Below are positions 49,781-62,570 of a DNA stretch of 64,000 nt, one piece after another. Each line of letters opens with the position of its first letter. Positions within the stretch are counted from its first letter, which is position 1. Location of the stretch: NCBI GenBank assembly GCA_977017645.1, contig OZ360221.1, forward strand, positions 157,604,001-157,668,000, read 5' to 3'. The notes beneath the pieces are model-generated. The model saw only the letters and a program-made list of their open reading frames with translations, searched no databases and was not told the DNA's origin. The stretch comes from Torpedo marmorata (Eukaryota). A program made the position numbers and the translations under genes.

Positions 49781-51899
49781 TAGAAAGAATAGAATGTTGT
49801 GTTATGCATAAATCGGTTAAAGGAGCTTTTTAATCCAATCCAGTAGGCATGGCAAAAAGAAAGATATCTGTAAAAGAAATTGAACTTCAAAGGTTGATTT
49901 TAGAAACGGTGTGTATCTCACTCCTAAAACAAAACCTGCACAATACTACATTTTGTATAATTTAAGCAAAACATATGCTTTAAAAAAAAAAAAAGATCTC
50001 AATGTACATTTTAATGTGCACAACCATTTAAATAGTAAATGAAATTTGTGGAATAAATCGGACAGAATTCAATTCCTTGGTAGATTTTTAAAAAAAATAA
50101 GCAAGATTAATCAGAAATTCAAATGGTATTAAACACAAACATATATTTTTAGTAATTTTGATCAAAATTTGTATTAAAGTCACAATTTAAAGCCACTTTA
50201 CCGTTTATAATGAACATGGTGTATTGGGTAAGTGCATTGAGTTTGGTTTTGCTCCTCAACAGCTTTTTACATGTAGACGCATCTGGGCAAGACGGATCTA
50301 ACTGTGCATTCACAGATCAAGCATAATTTTAACTTTCAATTTTACATCTAAGATTTCTGAACATAAAGAATAAATGGCCATCAATGTCCCATACATTTTA
50401 TATCTTGTCGCTGCGTTGACTACATAAATGCATTTTAAAGGGGGTCACCACCCCTTCTTTTCGTCATTGTCTCTTATCAAATATTAACCCATAGACAAAT
50501 ATTTTAACAGCGCCTTTCGGAGATTGCCCTTAGATTCGTCGGAGGAAATATCTCGAGCATCTTTATGTGACAGGCAACAGTGTGTGCAATCAAATTGAAA
50601 ACACTGATCTAATGAGGATTCCAACGACAAAATAAATGCGCCAGGGGTTATATTCTAATCCAATCACTCTTTTTCTGAGGCCAAGCTTTACATTGTAAAT
50701 AAATAATATAATGACTGCTTCTACATTAAATGTAAAATAACTGTGAAAATTTATACAACACATTTGTATCAACGATATTTGTAAACATTGTTGTGCCTTT
50801 GGCTATCATTATTTCCCCATGAAAATTCATTGTAGTGTTCTTTTTCTTTAAATAAGTAAAATGATTTGATATTTGATTTGTGAAATCTGCACGGCAATGT
50901 ATTGTAAGACCAGACACCTTCTGCCTTTCAAGACTGTGTCGATGACAGTCACATGAGAGTGAGTTTACGAGGCAGAGAAGAGGATACATGCGGAGGACAT
51001 TTTACTCTCTTCATTGGTGGAGATGTTTCGGTTCATCTGGCTCAGTGAAGGAAACAGTGTTTATGTAACATTTGTTTGTCCCACTCCAGTGTTCAATTCC
51101 CAAAGCGAATGTGCTCGATTAAGAATTAAAAGGCTACACGTGGAGAACTTGATCCGAGCGTTAAATAGTACTTCTTGTGAATGGTGAGAATCCACATTTT
51201 CCCCAACATATGTGTCTGCCATCTCTGGGAAGTATTGGTTTGGTTCTGAATGAAGTAATGCAAATAACAACGTACAAATATCCCAGTACCAGGAACCACC
51301 CTGCCTTTTATTAGTGAGGACCTGATATAACGTTTCATATAGAATATGGATGCCGATTCCAGATCACATCGCGCCCCGGTTGTGAGGAGCTGCTTGTTTT
51401 TGTTGTTGCTTTGGAGAATGTGAGGAGCAAGCCCATGAGCATTTATGTCCCATCTCCTCCAGCTTGCCTGCTTCTCGAGAAAGAAAAAAGCACCCGAGAA
51501 TTTCGAGTTAATTTACCATTTTTTCCCCGGGCTGATGTTGCATTTCCGCTTGACCCTCGAACCGCCCGCTGATGTTCAGCAGTAGAAATGGTGGGCGAAG
51601 TAAAAGCGCCTGATATCCCGCATGTGGACTGCGCAGAGATCAGAACTTTCACCTTTCGAGAGTCTCTCTTTCTCTCTTCGCTCTCTCTCTCTCTCACTCT
51701 CTCTCACTCGCACACACTCGCGCGCGCGTACACACACACACACACACTCCTATTAAAATTTCTCAGAACCTTAGCTGAAAGAGAACATACTACAACTACA
51801 TCATTTGAGCCGAAATGGCAACCGAGCTGCCTCTGGAGAACGTTAGTGGAAACGCAAGGAATGGTTTAATCCTTCAGCTCCGGCTCCTCTTAAGCAAGA

Positions 51900-52240
51900 T
51901 TTTACTTTCATCGTAAACATGGCCGATAGCTGTCTTGTCACCATAACATCGGCAGCACAACACAGCAACGTTTCATGCAAAACGACTTGGAAAAGTTAGG
52001 AAAGAATTAGCACGTCATACACTTAGTTGAAAATATTTCCTATAGTAATAGCCAATTGTATATTACAGCATAATAACTGTATTAAATGTATTTTTCTGGA
52101 CATCACAAGCAGTTTACAAGATCGCCAATCAGAGTTTTACAGAATACTCTGCTGACATACGTTGCCAAGTTATTACAATATCTCAGAATTGTTGTCAACT
52201 GCTAATGTAATTAGCGCATTGCTTGTAAAATTACATGCGT
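51900..52240. promoter_or_regulatory. Candidate intergenic enhancer I56ii (eii)
   Basis: Unique TAAT/CCAAT-rich block (gcagtttacaagatcgccaatc...gctaatgtaattagcgcattgcttgtaaaattac) ~2.3 kb Dlx5-ward of I56i, where I56ii is expected; identity not confirmed by alignment. Confidence 0.5.
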
Positions 52241-52301
52241 ATCACACAACTACAGACATCCAGACAGATCGATAGACACACTGATAGACGGACGGACAGG
52301 C

Positions 52302-52317
52302 AGAGAGAGAGAGTGGG

Positions 52318-52383
<66 letters not shown>

Positions 52384-52392
52384 GGGGGGGGG
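52302..52392. repeat. (GA)n-rich microsatellite ending in a G-run
   Basis: Direct reading. Confidence 0.95.
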
Positions 52393-52583
52393 AGGATTTG
52401 TGAAGCCTTGGGCATCTATTGATTATCCTTCCTAGGTTGTCCGTGGAGCCTGCGACATAACATCGCATGATTGAATATTCTTTTAAACATTCTGCATTGG
52501 GTTTATCATTTGAAAAATCACTTAACCCACTCCATCCGTCAAACAATCCACGCTTAAGTCCTTGGCCGACATTTTTCCATAAA

Positions 52584-52687
52584 TTGATGAAGGGCTCAAG
52601 CCCGAAATATCGGTTATGTATCTTAATCTTTGCTATATAAAGTACACTGTTTGACCTGCTGAGTTTCTCCAGCATTGTGTTTTTTAC
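52584..52687 (+). mobile_element. PLE pLTR 3' end with hammerhead-like core
   Basis: ttgatgaagggctcaagcccgaaatatcggttatg...gacctgctgagtttctccagcattgtgtttttac, closely matching 10519-10620. Confidence 0.85.
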
Positions 52688-52764
52688 ACGCCTAAGTCCT
52701 GTTGTGCGGAGGAAGTGAATATCCATAAATGATCGACTTCAAACAGGAAGTCTCGAATAATTCA

Positions 52765-54352
52765 CAAAACCTACAAAGCGAGGGCGAACACTATAGACGG
52801 CTGTGATGCTTCACTATCCAATTAGCTGAACATCTTCTATGCCTGCTTTGAGAAGAAGAACCAAACAGTGCCAACTAGAATCCTTGAAAAGGCTGAGGAC
52901 CCTGTGATGTCTGTCTCTGAGCCGGAAGTCAGAACATCATTCAAGAGGGTGAACCCTCGCAAGGCGTCAGGCCCTGACGGCGTACCTGGCAGGGTACTGA
53001 AAACCTGTGCCAACCACCTAGCCGGAGTGTTCACAGACATTTCCAACCTCTCATTGCGGCCAGTAGCACAAACTTCTACTGTGATGAAATGCTTTGAGAG
53101 GCTGGTCATGGCCAGAATTAACACGTACCTAAGCAAAGATCTGGACCCACTGCAATTCGCCTATTGTCACAATCGCTCCACAGCAGATGCAATATCACTG
53201 GTTCTCCACTCAGCTTTGGATCACCTCGAAAACAACACATATGGCTGCTCTTCATCGACTACAGCTCGGCCTTCAATACCATTATTCTCTCAGTGCTGGT
53301 CAAGAAGCTACAAACTCTAGGCCTCTGTACCCCGCTCTGCAACTGGATCCTTGACTTTCTCATCAGAAGACCACAGTCAGTATGAATTGGAAACAACATC
53401 TCCTCCTCACTGATTATCAACACAGGCGCACCCCAAGGATGCGTGCTTAGCCCACTGCTCTACTCGTTATACACCCATGACTGTGTGGCCAGGCACAATT
53501 CCAATGCCATCTACAAGTTTGCCGATGACACCACAGTTGTCGGCAGAATCACAAATGGCAATAAGGAAGCGTACAGGAGGGAGATAGATCAGCTTGTTGA
53601 ATGGTGTAATGACAACAACCTTGCGCTCAACGTCAGCAAAACCAAGGAGATGATTGTGGACTTTAGGAGGAAGTCAGGGGAACACGACCCAGTCCTCATC
53701 GAGGGCTCAGTCGTGGAGAGGGTCAAGAACTTCAAATTCCTGGGTGTCAACATCTCCGAGGATCTGTCCTGGAGCCTCCACGTTGATGCAATCACAAAGA
53801 AGGCTTGCCAGCGGCTATACTTTGTGAGGTGTCTGAGGAGATTTGGTATGTCACCGAAGACTCTCGTAAACTTCTACAGGTGTACCGTGGAGAGCATTCT
53901 GGCTGGTTGCATCACTGTCTGGTATGGAGGCGCCAACTCTCAGGACAAAAATAAACTCCAGAGGTTTGTTAACTCGGCCTGTGACATCACAGGCACCAGA
54001 CTTCACTCCATCGAGGACATCTACATGAGGCAGTGTCTTAAAAAACCAGCCTCTATCCTCAAAGACCCCCACCACCCAGGCCATGCCCTCTTCACTCTGC
54101 TACCATCGGGAAAAAGGTACAGGAGCCTAAAGACAAGCACTCAATTGCACAAGGACAGCTTCTTCCCCACTGCCATCAGATTCCTAAATATTCAATGAAC
54201 CAAAGACACTGCCTTACTTTTCGTGCACTATTATTTATATTTTTTTTATAGAAATGTCGTAACATGTTTATAATATGAATGTTTAAACTATGATGCTGCC
54301 GCAAAACACCGAATTTCATGACTTGTTCATGACAATAAATTTTGATTCTGAA
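52765..54352 (+). mobile_element. Rex1/Babar LINE, 5'-truncated, in the Dlx6-Dlx5 intergenic region
   Basis: [64 protein letters not shown]; gacaataaa(ttctga) tail; left boundary approximate. Confidence 0.92.
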
Positions 54353-54769
54353 CCGCAAACACTTCCCCGTGTCCTCAGCCATAAACTTGTTTACCTTCAT
54401 AAACAGAACATGTCATGAAATTCCTTCATATATAACTATACCAACAAAGCGAGCTTCACCCCTGCGAGGCATGTCTGTTCGAAGGACAATCCTTCCAATC
54501 TTGCATCAAAAGACACTGTGACGATTCAAATATTTGTACTGTATAACCAGGCAAAAGCTTTCGCTACACCGGTTGTGGAAGCATATCAGGTGTGAAAGTG
54601 TTTGCACACCCCTCCACTTCTTATATTGCCAGCAAAATTAGCTGTTACTGCTGTCAGTATTTTGGGAATAGTTAGGTTGATAAAGCCACTGTAATCAAGA
54701 GAGGTGCATCTTTGCAAATTATAGGCAATTGTAAATGTCCAGATTATGATAATAACATCTTAATGCAGA

Positions 54770-55280
54770 CTGGAGGATAACTACTAGGAACTGTCCAGTT
54801 CGACTACTTTCGCCACCATTTGTGCAGAACAGATGGCTATTGAGTGAAATAAAGGTGGATAAATCCTCAGGGCATGACATGATATTCCCTCCGACCTTGA
54901 GGGAGGCGAGTGCAGAAATTGAAGGAGCCTTGGCAGATATATTTAAAACATCCTTATTTACAGGTGAGGTGCCGGAGAATTAGAGGGTAGCTCATATTGT
55001 TCCGTTGTTTAAAAAAGGCTTCAAATATAACCCAGGAAATTATAGGCCGGTGAGCCTCACATCAGTGGTAGGTAAGATATTGGAAAGCTACTAAGAGATC
55101 GGATATACAAGTATTTGGGATGGTCAACATGTCTTTGTGCTGGTTGGTCGTGTTTAACAAATCTTCGTGGAGGTTACCTGGAAAGCTGATGCAGGAAGGG
55201 CTGTGGATGTTGTCTACATGGACTTTACTGAGGCCTTTGACAAGGTCTCACATGGAAGGTTAGTCAGGGAGGTTCAGACG
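54770..55280 (+). mobile_element. CR1 LINE internal fragment
   Basis: Colinear with 4190-4680 (aaaggtggataaatcc..., [20 protein letters not shown]). Confidence 0.85.
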
Positions 55281-58200
55281 CCTGGTAGATCGGTTATGAA
55301 AGCTGAAATTTATTCACGGAGTAATTCACGTGCACTGAGGAAAGATGCAGCGTAGTTTGTCACAGAATAATAATATCAACATCGAGACCTTGTTTAATTA
55401 ACATTGGACATAAATTGTTTAGGAACTGGCCTAGGGTGGTTTGAAAGTTTGAAATGGATTTTTGCTTTATCTCCCGTCGTTGATTCCGCACAGAATACAT
55501 CCCTTATTCTTAATTGCGACGATTTAGTCAAGTTTTATTTATCCAGGGTACCGCCGAGAGAAAAAATCCCAACATTTCCAACAAATTCCGCAGTATTTCA
55601 AACCCGTTTTCTCTTTTACAGAAACGCTATCACCAAAGTCATTCATACTTTCAAATATAAAATGCAGTCTCTCAAATTAAAGATTCACGGGCTTCAACAC
55701 ATTAAGTGGGGAATTGCCGCAGAATGCCAATAAAACACAAATGAAATGGGAACATGAAGAACATTCAAAGCAGCAAAAAAGACCAACAAGGGACATTTTC
55801 GTTCCGATGATTCCTTTACATCAGGTGTGACATTTTAATAAATTAACCCCGCCCATCCACAACCCAACACACTTTCCTGCCCAGCCCTTTACCCTGTTAC
55901 TCGCTATTAAGAACCATCTGAACGCGTGCAGTGAGTGTATTTGCTTCAAATGCTAACACGCGTTCAACTATTATTCAAATTAGAATACACGAATGATAAA
56001 GGGGCAAAATTTGAAGAGAAGCGTGGTTTCGCCTTGAATAAACCCATGAATGTTTGTCCATTATGCTTGAAAAACTCTCCACCCCATTCGCACTCCATTA
56101 ACAATTCAGATGCAAAACCTGACGTAGGGCAAATTGTTGCCGCATGATGCACGATGAAAGTAATTAGACGGAGCTGCATTTCCTGCTGTAAAACGTGCAA
56201 AATGCCATAATCCTTAGATACTTAAATTATACAGTCGCATTCAACGAGCTTCGAACATCACAGTTGCGTGTCATATCAAATTACAGCAAGGCAAGCTTGT
56301 CGTTGGACATGCGGCTTAACAATTAAAAAAGGTTGTGGTTGACAGGTTTTAATGCTTCGATTGCTAGACGGATAGAATAACATCAACAAATGTGTTACTC
56401 ATTTTTCCTCGACTACAATGTAGTAGTAAAACACGAGTTAATTCGATCTTAAATCCCAGTAATTGTAGAAGGACGCAAAAGCCAGGGTTTATATTTCGAG
56501 CTAAAGACGCCAACGTCTGCTTTCATGTTCCTATTTCACATCTTTCCATTTTAGATGGAAAGTGAAAGCTCTCTGCAGCCATACCGTGTTTACCCACATT
56601 AATGAAAATGAACAAAAACTGATTTTTTTTTTGGCGGCAAATCCTTGCAGGGAGATGTCATCTTATTTTTTTAATAGGACTTGAATAAACAATGAGCTCT
56701 AAACGGCTAATAAACGAGAAAACATTTTTAGTAGAATGTATGTTTATTTTGCGCAGCCTGTGCTGCCCAATGAGTTCTTGACGAAATGCACCAACCGTAG
56801 ATATTTATCCATGCCTTTGTCCAGCGTTTCTCTTATATGTACAGGTGCTTTGCCTCAGTGTCTATGGACGTGAACGTCTTGTCCGTGTGGTGAGAGTTAC
56901 TTGCATGTGCATAGTTAAAGTTTCGCGCCCGAAAATACTTCGATTTATTATGTTTAGATCTTTTTCCAAGAATCAAACGTGTGTTGGTTGAGTCGGGTGG
57001 TGACTGGAAGCAGCGCTGCACTGGAGCCGGCCCGCACCCACAGGAATGCAGCTTAACTGCCGCCCTCTCGGCTCCTCTCTGCCACTCAAAGCTGCTAATT
57101 GTGGGCAATACAAAGAGAAAGAAAGTCTGCGGGAAGTCTGCGAGTCAATCTCCAGGAGAGCTCAGCTACCAGAGAAACGAACACAACAAATTCCAGCGGC
57201 AAGATCCTGTCCCACCTATAACACTCCACTGCCTTAAGGCACGAAGGATGCTTTTCAAACCTGTGTTTCATCGCCACACAAAATAGCAGGCATCTACAGT
57301 TCTCAACCGAACTTGGCATCCCCCATTTAATAGTGTTCACCGAGAAACACATATGCGCGTGGGGACAATACAATGTCGGTTAGATTCTTACGATTGTGTT
57401 TAGCATTAATTTCTGTAATGGAACTGGTCTGTCATGAATGTAAGTTCAAGCGGGCCTAACGCCACTACACTAACACCATTACGTTATTTCCCGGTGAAAT
57501 TCATTTATATATCTACTAATGGGTGGCGATCTCATAGTAAGTACTGATATTTCCCATCTGCCGCCTCTGGATAGGGCTGTTAATTTTTTATGCTATGATA
57601 CACACCCATGTTTGCGCATTTAATGTCTATTCACTCCATGCTCGATTGAGGATACACATTCGCTAATAACTCAATATTATAAAGTTCGTCCAACCACTAA
57701 CCAATTTCCACCTCTCCGCCAAGACCCGGCAGTAATAAATCAATTATGAAACCAATGGAGTATCTACATTTTTACGGAATCTTAACGGTACGTCTTGTTT
57801 TATTTTGTTACCAACACCAAGAAGTCACCGCTTCTCTTCCGCCACATATCTGTTCGGATTTCGCGGTTAAGTTTAGGCCTGTTGAATAAATAGTCAGCGG
57901 CCATCAATTTTACGACATAAAATCCCGCCGCATTTGTGAGTTATCAGGGTTATCAATGTTCCCACGTCATCGTGATACGGATTTGATCTGCTAAACTGAC
58001 CGTCACATAAAGCAGAATTAACTCACACTGCACAACAACGAATACGGGTTCTTTAGACGATTACACGAATTAGGAACAAAAACTCCATCACTTAAATTCG
58101 CATTCAATTTTAATATGATTTATTTAAAGAACACCAGCACTGTAAAGGAAAGCTTGGCTATTTTAATGTAGATAATCATATCTCCCACAAACATACGAGC

Positions 58201-59265
58201 GGCCATTCTTATTTGTAGAAATAGTTAAAAAATCACACCAGCTCATTCTTTCGGGAGTTTAAGATTATCCTTTTTGTAAATTTTGGGTCTGGACATGTGT
58301 TATTAATTTCTCTCAAAATACGCCACGCTCGATCACGTGTGAATTCACTGGTCGGAATTCAGACCCCATATCATATTATTTGTGATTGTAGTAGGACCGC
58401 GAACTTAGCAACAACCAATTTTTTTGCTGATTTTGTCTTTGGCTATCAGATGATTGCAATGGAAATATTTGCCTATTTTTTAGGTACAGTTAGAAAGCGC
58501 CACACTAGCACGAAATATGTGTCATAGTTACTTACACCTTACCTTAGTTCTTGGAGAGCCTATGTCCAGGACGTTTGATTGCATGCCCGACCAAGCGATA
58601 AAAGTTTTTCCAAAATCCACATTTATCTTAAAAATAATCTTAATTTTAAACACGTGAATCAGCATGAACATTTAGCATTGGAAATTAGGATAACGCTGAT
58701 ACATTTTATTTCCATTTTCTTACTCTATTTGTACGCACGTGTTCCATTTGTTTACATTTTGGATTTCTGAGGCATCATTTATTCTATTCAATTGGGTTTA
58801 CTTCTCCTCCAACCTTTTGACATGACAGTGTAGCACAGACGAAGGAAGTTAACTCTGGGCCCAAATTGATGATGATTTCTTAATTTTTAGGCATAAAGCA
58901 GAGAAACATCAAATAAAAGTTTGAAGGCATCCCGCTTTAAAGAAAATAAGAATTGAAAACATTTAAATATTCCTTATGTTTAATTAATTCACTTGAATCT
59001 TATCTCTGTCTATATGCTTTGATACCTGTAATTCAATAGAGTATTTTACCAATCAGCATTATGGCTTGAGACTTAATTGCTTAATTGCAAAATAAGTGCA
59101 TAAAACATATAACTCTAACTTTCCTTTGCTGGTAAGCACCTTGGTCAGTCCTTCAAATAACAATACCAATGATCACTGAACATTTGTTAATGACACAATT
59201 CAGTCTGACCACACAATTGTATCAAATAAGCTTCCAACAATAATGTTGTCTGAAGGGTCAATAAT

Positions 59266-59271
59266 TTTATT
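59266..59271 (-). terminator. Probable dlx5 polyadenylation signal
   Basis: AATAAA on the minus strand ~340 nt after the stop. Confidence 0.55.
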
Positions 59272-59612
59272 TAAACAGAATATACAGTTTAATCCAACTA
59301 TCTACACGTATGTACAGAGATAGGTGTGACTGAAAAGTCCAGTCAGGTTGGGGGGGGGGGTGGTCATAGCCTACTAGTAAAAGGCACCGTTGACAGTGTC
59401 CAAGCTGGCCATGAAGTCCACTTGGAAAATAGCCAATTTTCCTCTTTGAAATGCAGAGAATCGAAATGCACCGAACAAGAGGACAGTGTCAGAAATTTCA
59501 CTGAACTGGAGAGTTTGGTTTCTCTGGATTCCAACTGAACAAAACGTGCATTTCTTTGCATAGCTCCACTGTTTGTCGGTCATAACCAATCCACTTTGTA
59601 ATATATTTCAAA

Positions 59613-59927
59613 TTAATAAATCGTCCCAGATCCCAAAGCTAGTGGATGATGTAGTGCGCTTGCAGACTGCAGGTGGGAATTAATGGCATTGGGACTTGAA
59701 TACCAGGAACCGGTGTTTTCTAGGTAGCCTGAGGGGGACGGGTTGTGGCTGGGGGTTTGATGAGTGTGGATAACTCTTGAGGAGCTGTGACTCTCCCAAA
59801 CAGCCGGGGACTGAGGAGAATTGCAGGCCATGGGGTCACTGGAACTGGGGCTGTGCTCTGGGGGGATCTCTCCATTTTTTATGAACTTCTTGATTTTTGA
59901 CCTTCGGTTCTGGAACCATATTTTAAC
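59613..59927 (-). CDS. dlx5: Distal-less homeobox 5, coding exon 3
   Basis: Acceptor tttgacag|; [45 protein letters not shown]...LALGSGTIY*; spliced CDS 834 nt = 277 aa. Confidence 0.98.
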   Translation of the reverse strand, partial: VKIWFQNRRSKIKKFIKNGEIPPEHSPSSSDPMACNSPQSPAVWESHSSSRVIHTHQTPSHNPSPSGYLENTGSWYSSPNAINSHLQSASALHHPLALGSGTIY

Positions 59928-60924
59928 CTGTCAAAGTAAATAAGACAATTAATTAAATAATCACAAACCAGCGATAAATATAACAAAGCGACGGGGCTAT
60001 GCTGCCCGCTGTATATTTCTCCCCTCCCCCTCCAGGGCTACATGAACAATCCAAGTGTAATGGTGCATTCTGCATTCACTCCTTTAGAAGTCAGTTCACA
60101 TTGTAAACAAATATCAAAGAAAATATCCGTTCATGGGGCTTCATAGCGAACAGAAAGCTACTTATTTTTTTATGCGATTATAACATTTTTTTCCTCTCTG
60201 CATCCTGCTCCTTTATTGCTCAAATGATTCTTTTGTTATAAATTAAACCAGCTTCGTCTGCTCTTCACCCCGTAGCCGCCGGATTTGAGGTCGTATTGTT
60301 CTGGGTCCCACTAATCCAGTGAGCTCCGCGCATTCGAGCCGAGTTTATCGCAAATAATAGATTTTCAAAAGATCGAAAAGTAAGTGTACTTTCCCGCACC
60401 TTCTCGATGTTTGTATTATTGAAGTCCTTCCTCTCTTAATCACATGATTTTCTAATTTTTGGAAATGTTTCGTAAGCAGCCTGAATATAATTTTAACTTT
60501 ACGTTCAACAATTTAAAAATGCAACATCGCACTAAAATATGCAATATAATTTTCAAACCACTTATGGTGGTGAAATTCCGAATATCGAACTGAAATGACA
60601 ATTGGATTAAATTTGCAAGTATTTTCAATCTTCGATCGAGTTGGAAATGAGGTACAGAATTACCACATCCTCGCCACGCGAACGGAGGCGGTGAGAGATG
60701 GCTGGTATTTTAAACTAACAAGAACACTGGCGTTCAAATAAGAGGGAAGCCGAGCCGCGTGAACTGGAGGTCTTATATATAAACATACATATTTACATTC
60801 TGTTTATATGTCTGCGGCATTAAGTCGGCGAGACGAGACAATCGCAGGGTCAGCTACAGAGTTTGGTTTTGTTTTGCACAGATTTATATTTGACATTGCG
60901 TAGACAGGATCAGTCCCGTGTTTA

Positions 60925-61320
<396 letters not shown>

Positions 61321-61960
61321 TCAAAATCCGAACAAAACGGCCCGATTGCAGAATAAACGCGCAGGGGGTGGGGGGGATAAGGCTCCAGAAAGTACAGAGC
61401 GCGCTTTGCCGCGGGACTCCGAGCGGGCTCAATGAAGGCGGTTCGAGGTTTCACTGTCAGTCCTACTGGGTTAAAACTTCACCAGGGAGACACCTCAAAG
61501 TCACAATTTACATCCCAGTCTCACGTAGTAATTTCGTTTTGTGTCCAAGTCCCGCTTTAAAAATAACGAGCCAATGATCCCCTGAAAGAATTTGCCGACA
61601 GCACTCTCCCCATTTAGTGGAAACACGGACACTTTCACTTCACCCGAGGACGAACAAGCCGAGAGTGGAGGTTGGAAAAGTGAGATTTATTTGTACTTGT
61701 GCCATAACTCGCCCACATTTCTCTGTCTTTGCAGCGGTCAGCGGTTGACGTTCGGTCCCAACATTCATGCAAAAACCCCACAGGGCAGCGTGTTTCCCAA
61801 GCTGGCGTTCGGTTGGAACCCCAGATCCCGTCGAGCTTGTTGGAGAGAGATGCTCGGGACAGGAATTGCTGAAAGTGGGTCCGGATGGGGGAGCATTTCT
61901 ATGGCCTTACGACAAACTGGAGGAACTGGTGGAGAAGTTGCGAAAAAAATGGCCCCTTAC

Positions 61961-62294
61961 CTGACTGGTTGCATGTCGGCGGAGCCCTGCCGTACGAAGC
62001 ATACTGATGGTAATGGCCGGGGTAGCTGTAGTCCTGGTAGGCTTTGGCTGGGTAACTGGCGGCCGAGCCGCTCCCTCCGTGGTACTGGTACTGGTAAGGG
62101 TTGAGAACTTTGCCGTAAGACGAAGGCGAACAGTAGCCGTGATGAGAGGCGCCGGAGCTGTAGTAACCCGTATCGGTGGCCGTGGACTCAGGTAGGGTCG
62201 GCGATTCCTGCGCCGGGTGGTGCATGCTGTGCTGGAAAGTGCCCTGCTGATCTGTCCGGATGCTGGGAACCTTGCGATCGAATATTGCTGTCAT
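61961..62294 (-). CDS. dlx5: Distal-less homeobox 5, coding exon 1
   Basis: [13 protein letters not shown]...[30 protein letters not shown]...YPAKAY matches DLX5; donor CAG|GTAAGG, phase 1. Confidence 0.97.
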
Positions 62295-62570
62295 AGCCTT
62301 GGGACCGGGGGTGGGTCGATGTGCTTGTGTGTATGTGTGTGTGTGTGTGTGCGCGCCCGCGCGCCCGCGCGTGTCCGTGTGTGGGGGGTGGGAGGGAGGA
62401 AGGGGACAATAGGAGTGATCTATGTAGACATGGCTGTGTGTGCTACAGGGAATCAGGCTTCAGGCAGACTGTGGCTGGGGCACAGCAAAGTCTTGGTTAA
62501 GTCCCTAATTGCGCTATTACGCACTAGATGGATGCGTTCCATTGGATAATATAATCATCCATCAGTAACA
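62295..62570 (-). promoter_or_regulatory. Dlx5 5' UTR/proximal promoter
   Basis: CCAAT on the minus strand at 62541-62545; homeodomain-type CAATTAG at ~62505-62511; (CA)n/(CG)n alternating tract at 62326-62372. Confidence 0.55.

Noticed and set aside
51443-51697. 84-aa minus-strand ORF as a micropeptide of the antisense RNA
   Set aside because: Non-ATG start inside a GA microsatellite, no recognisable motif, and it runs through the predicted donor site.
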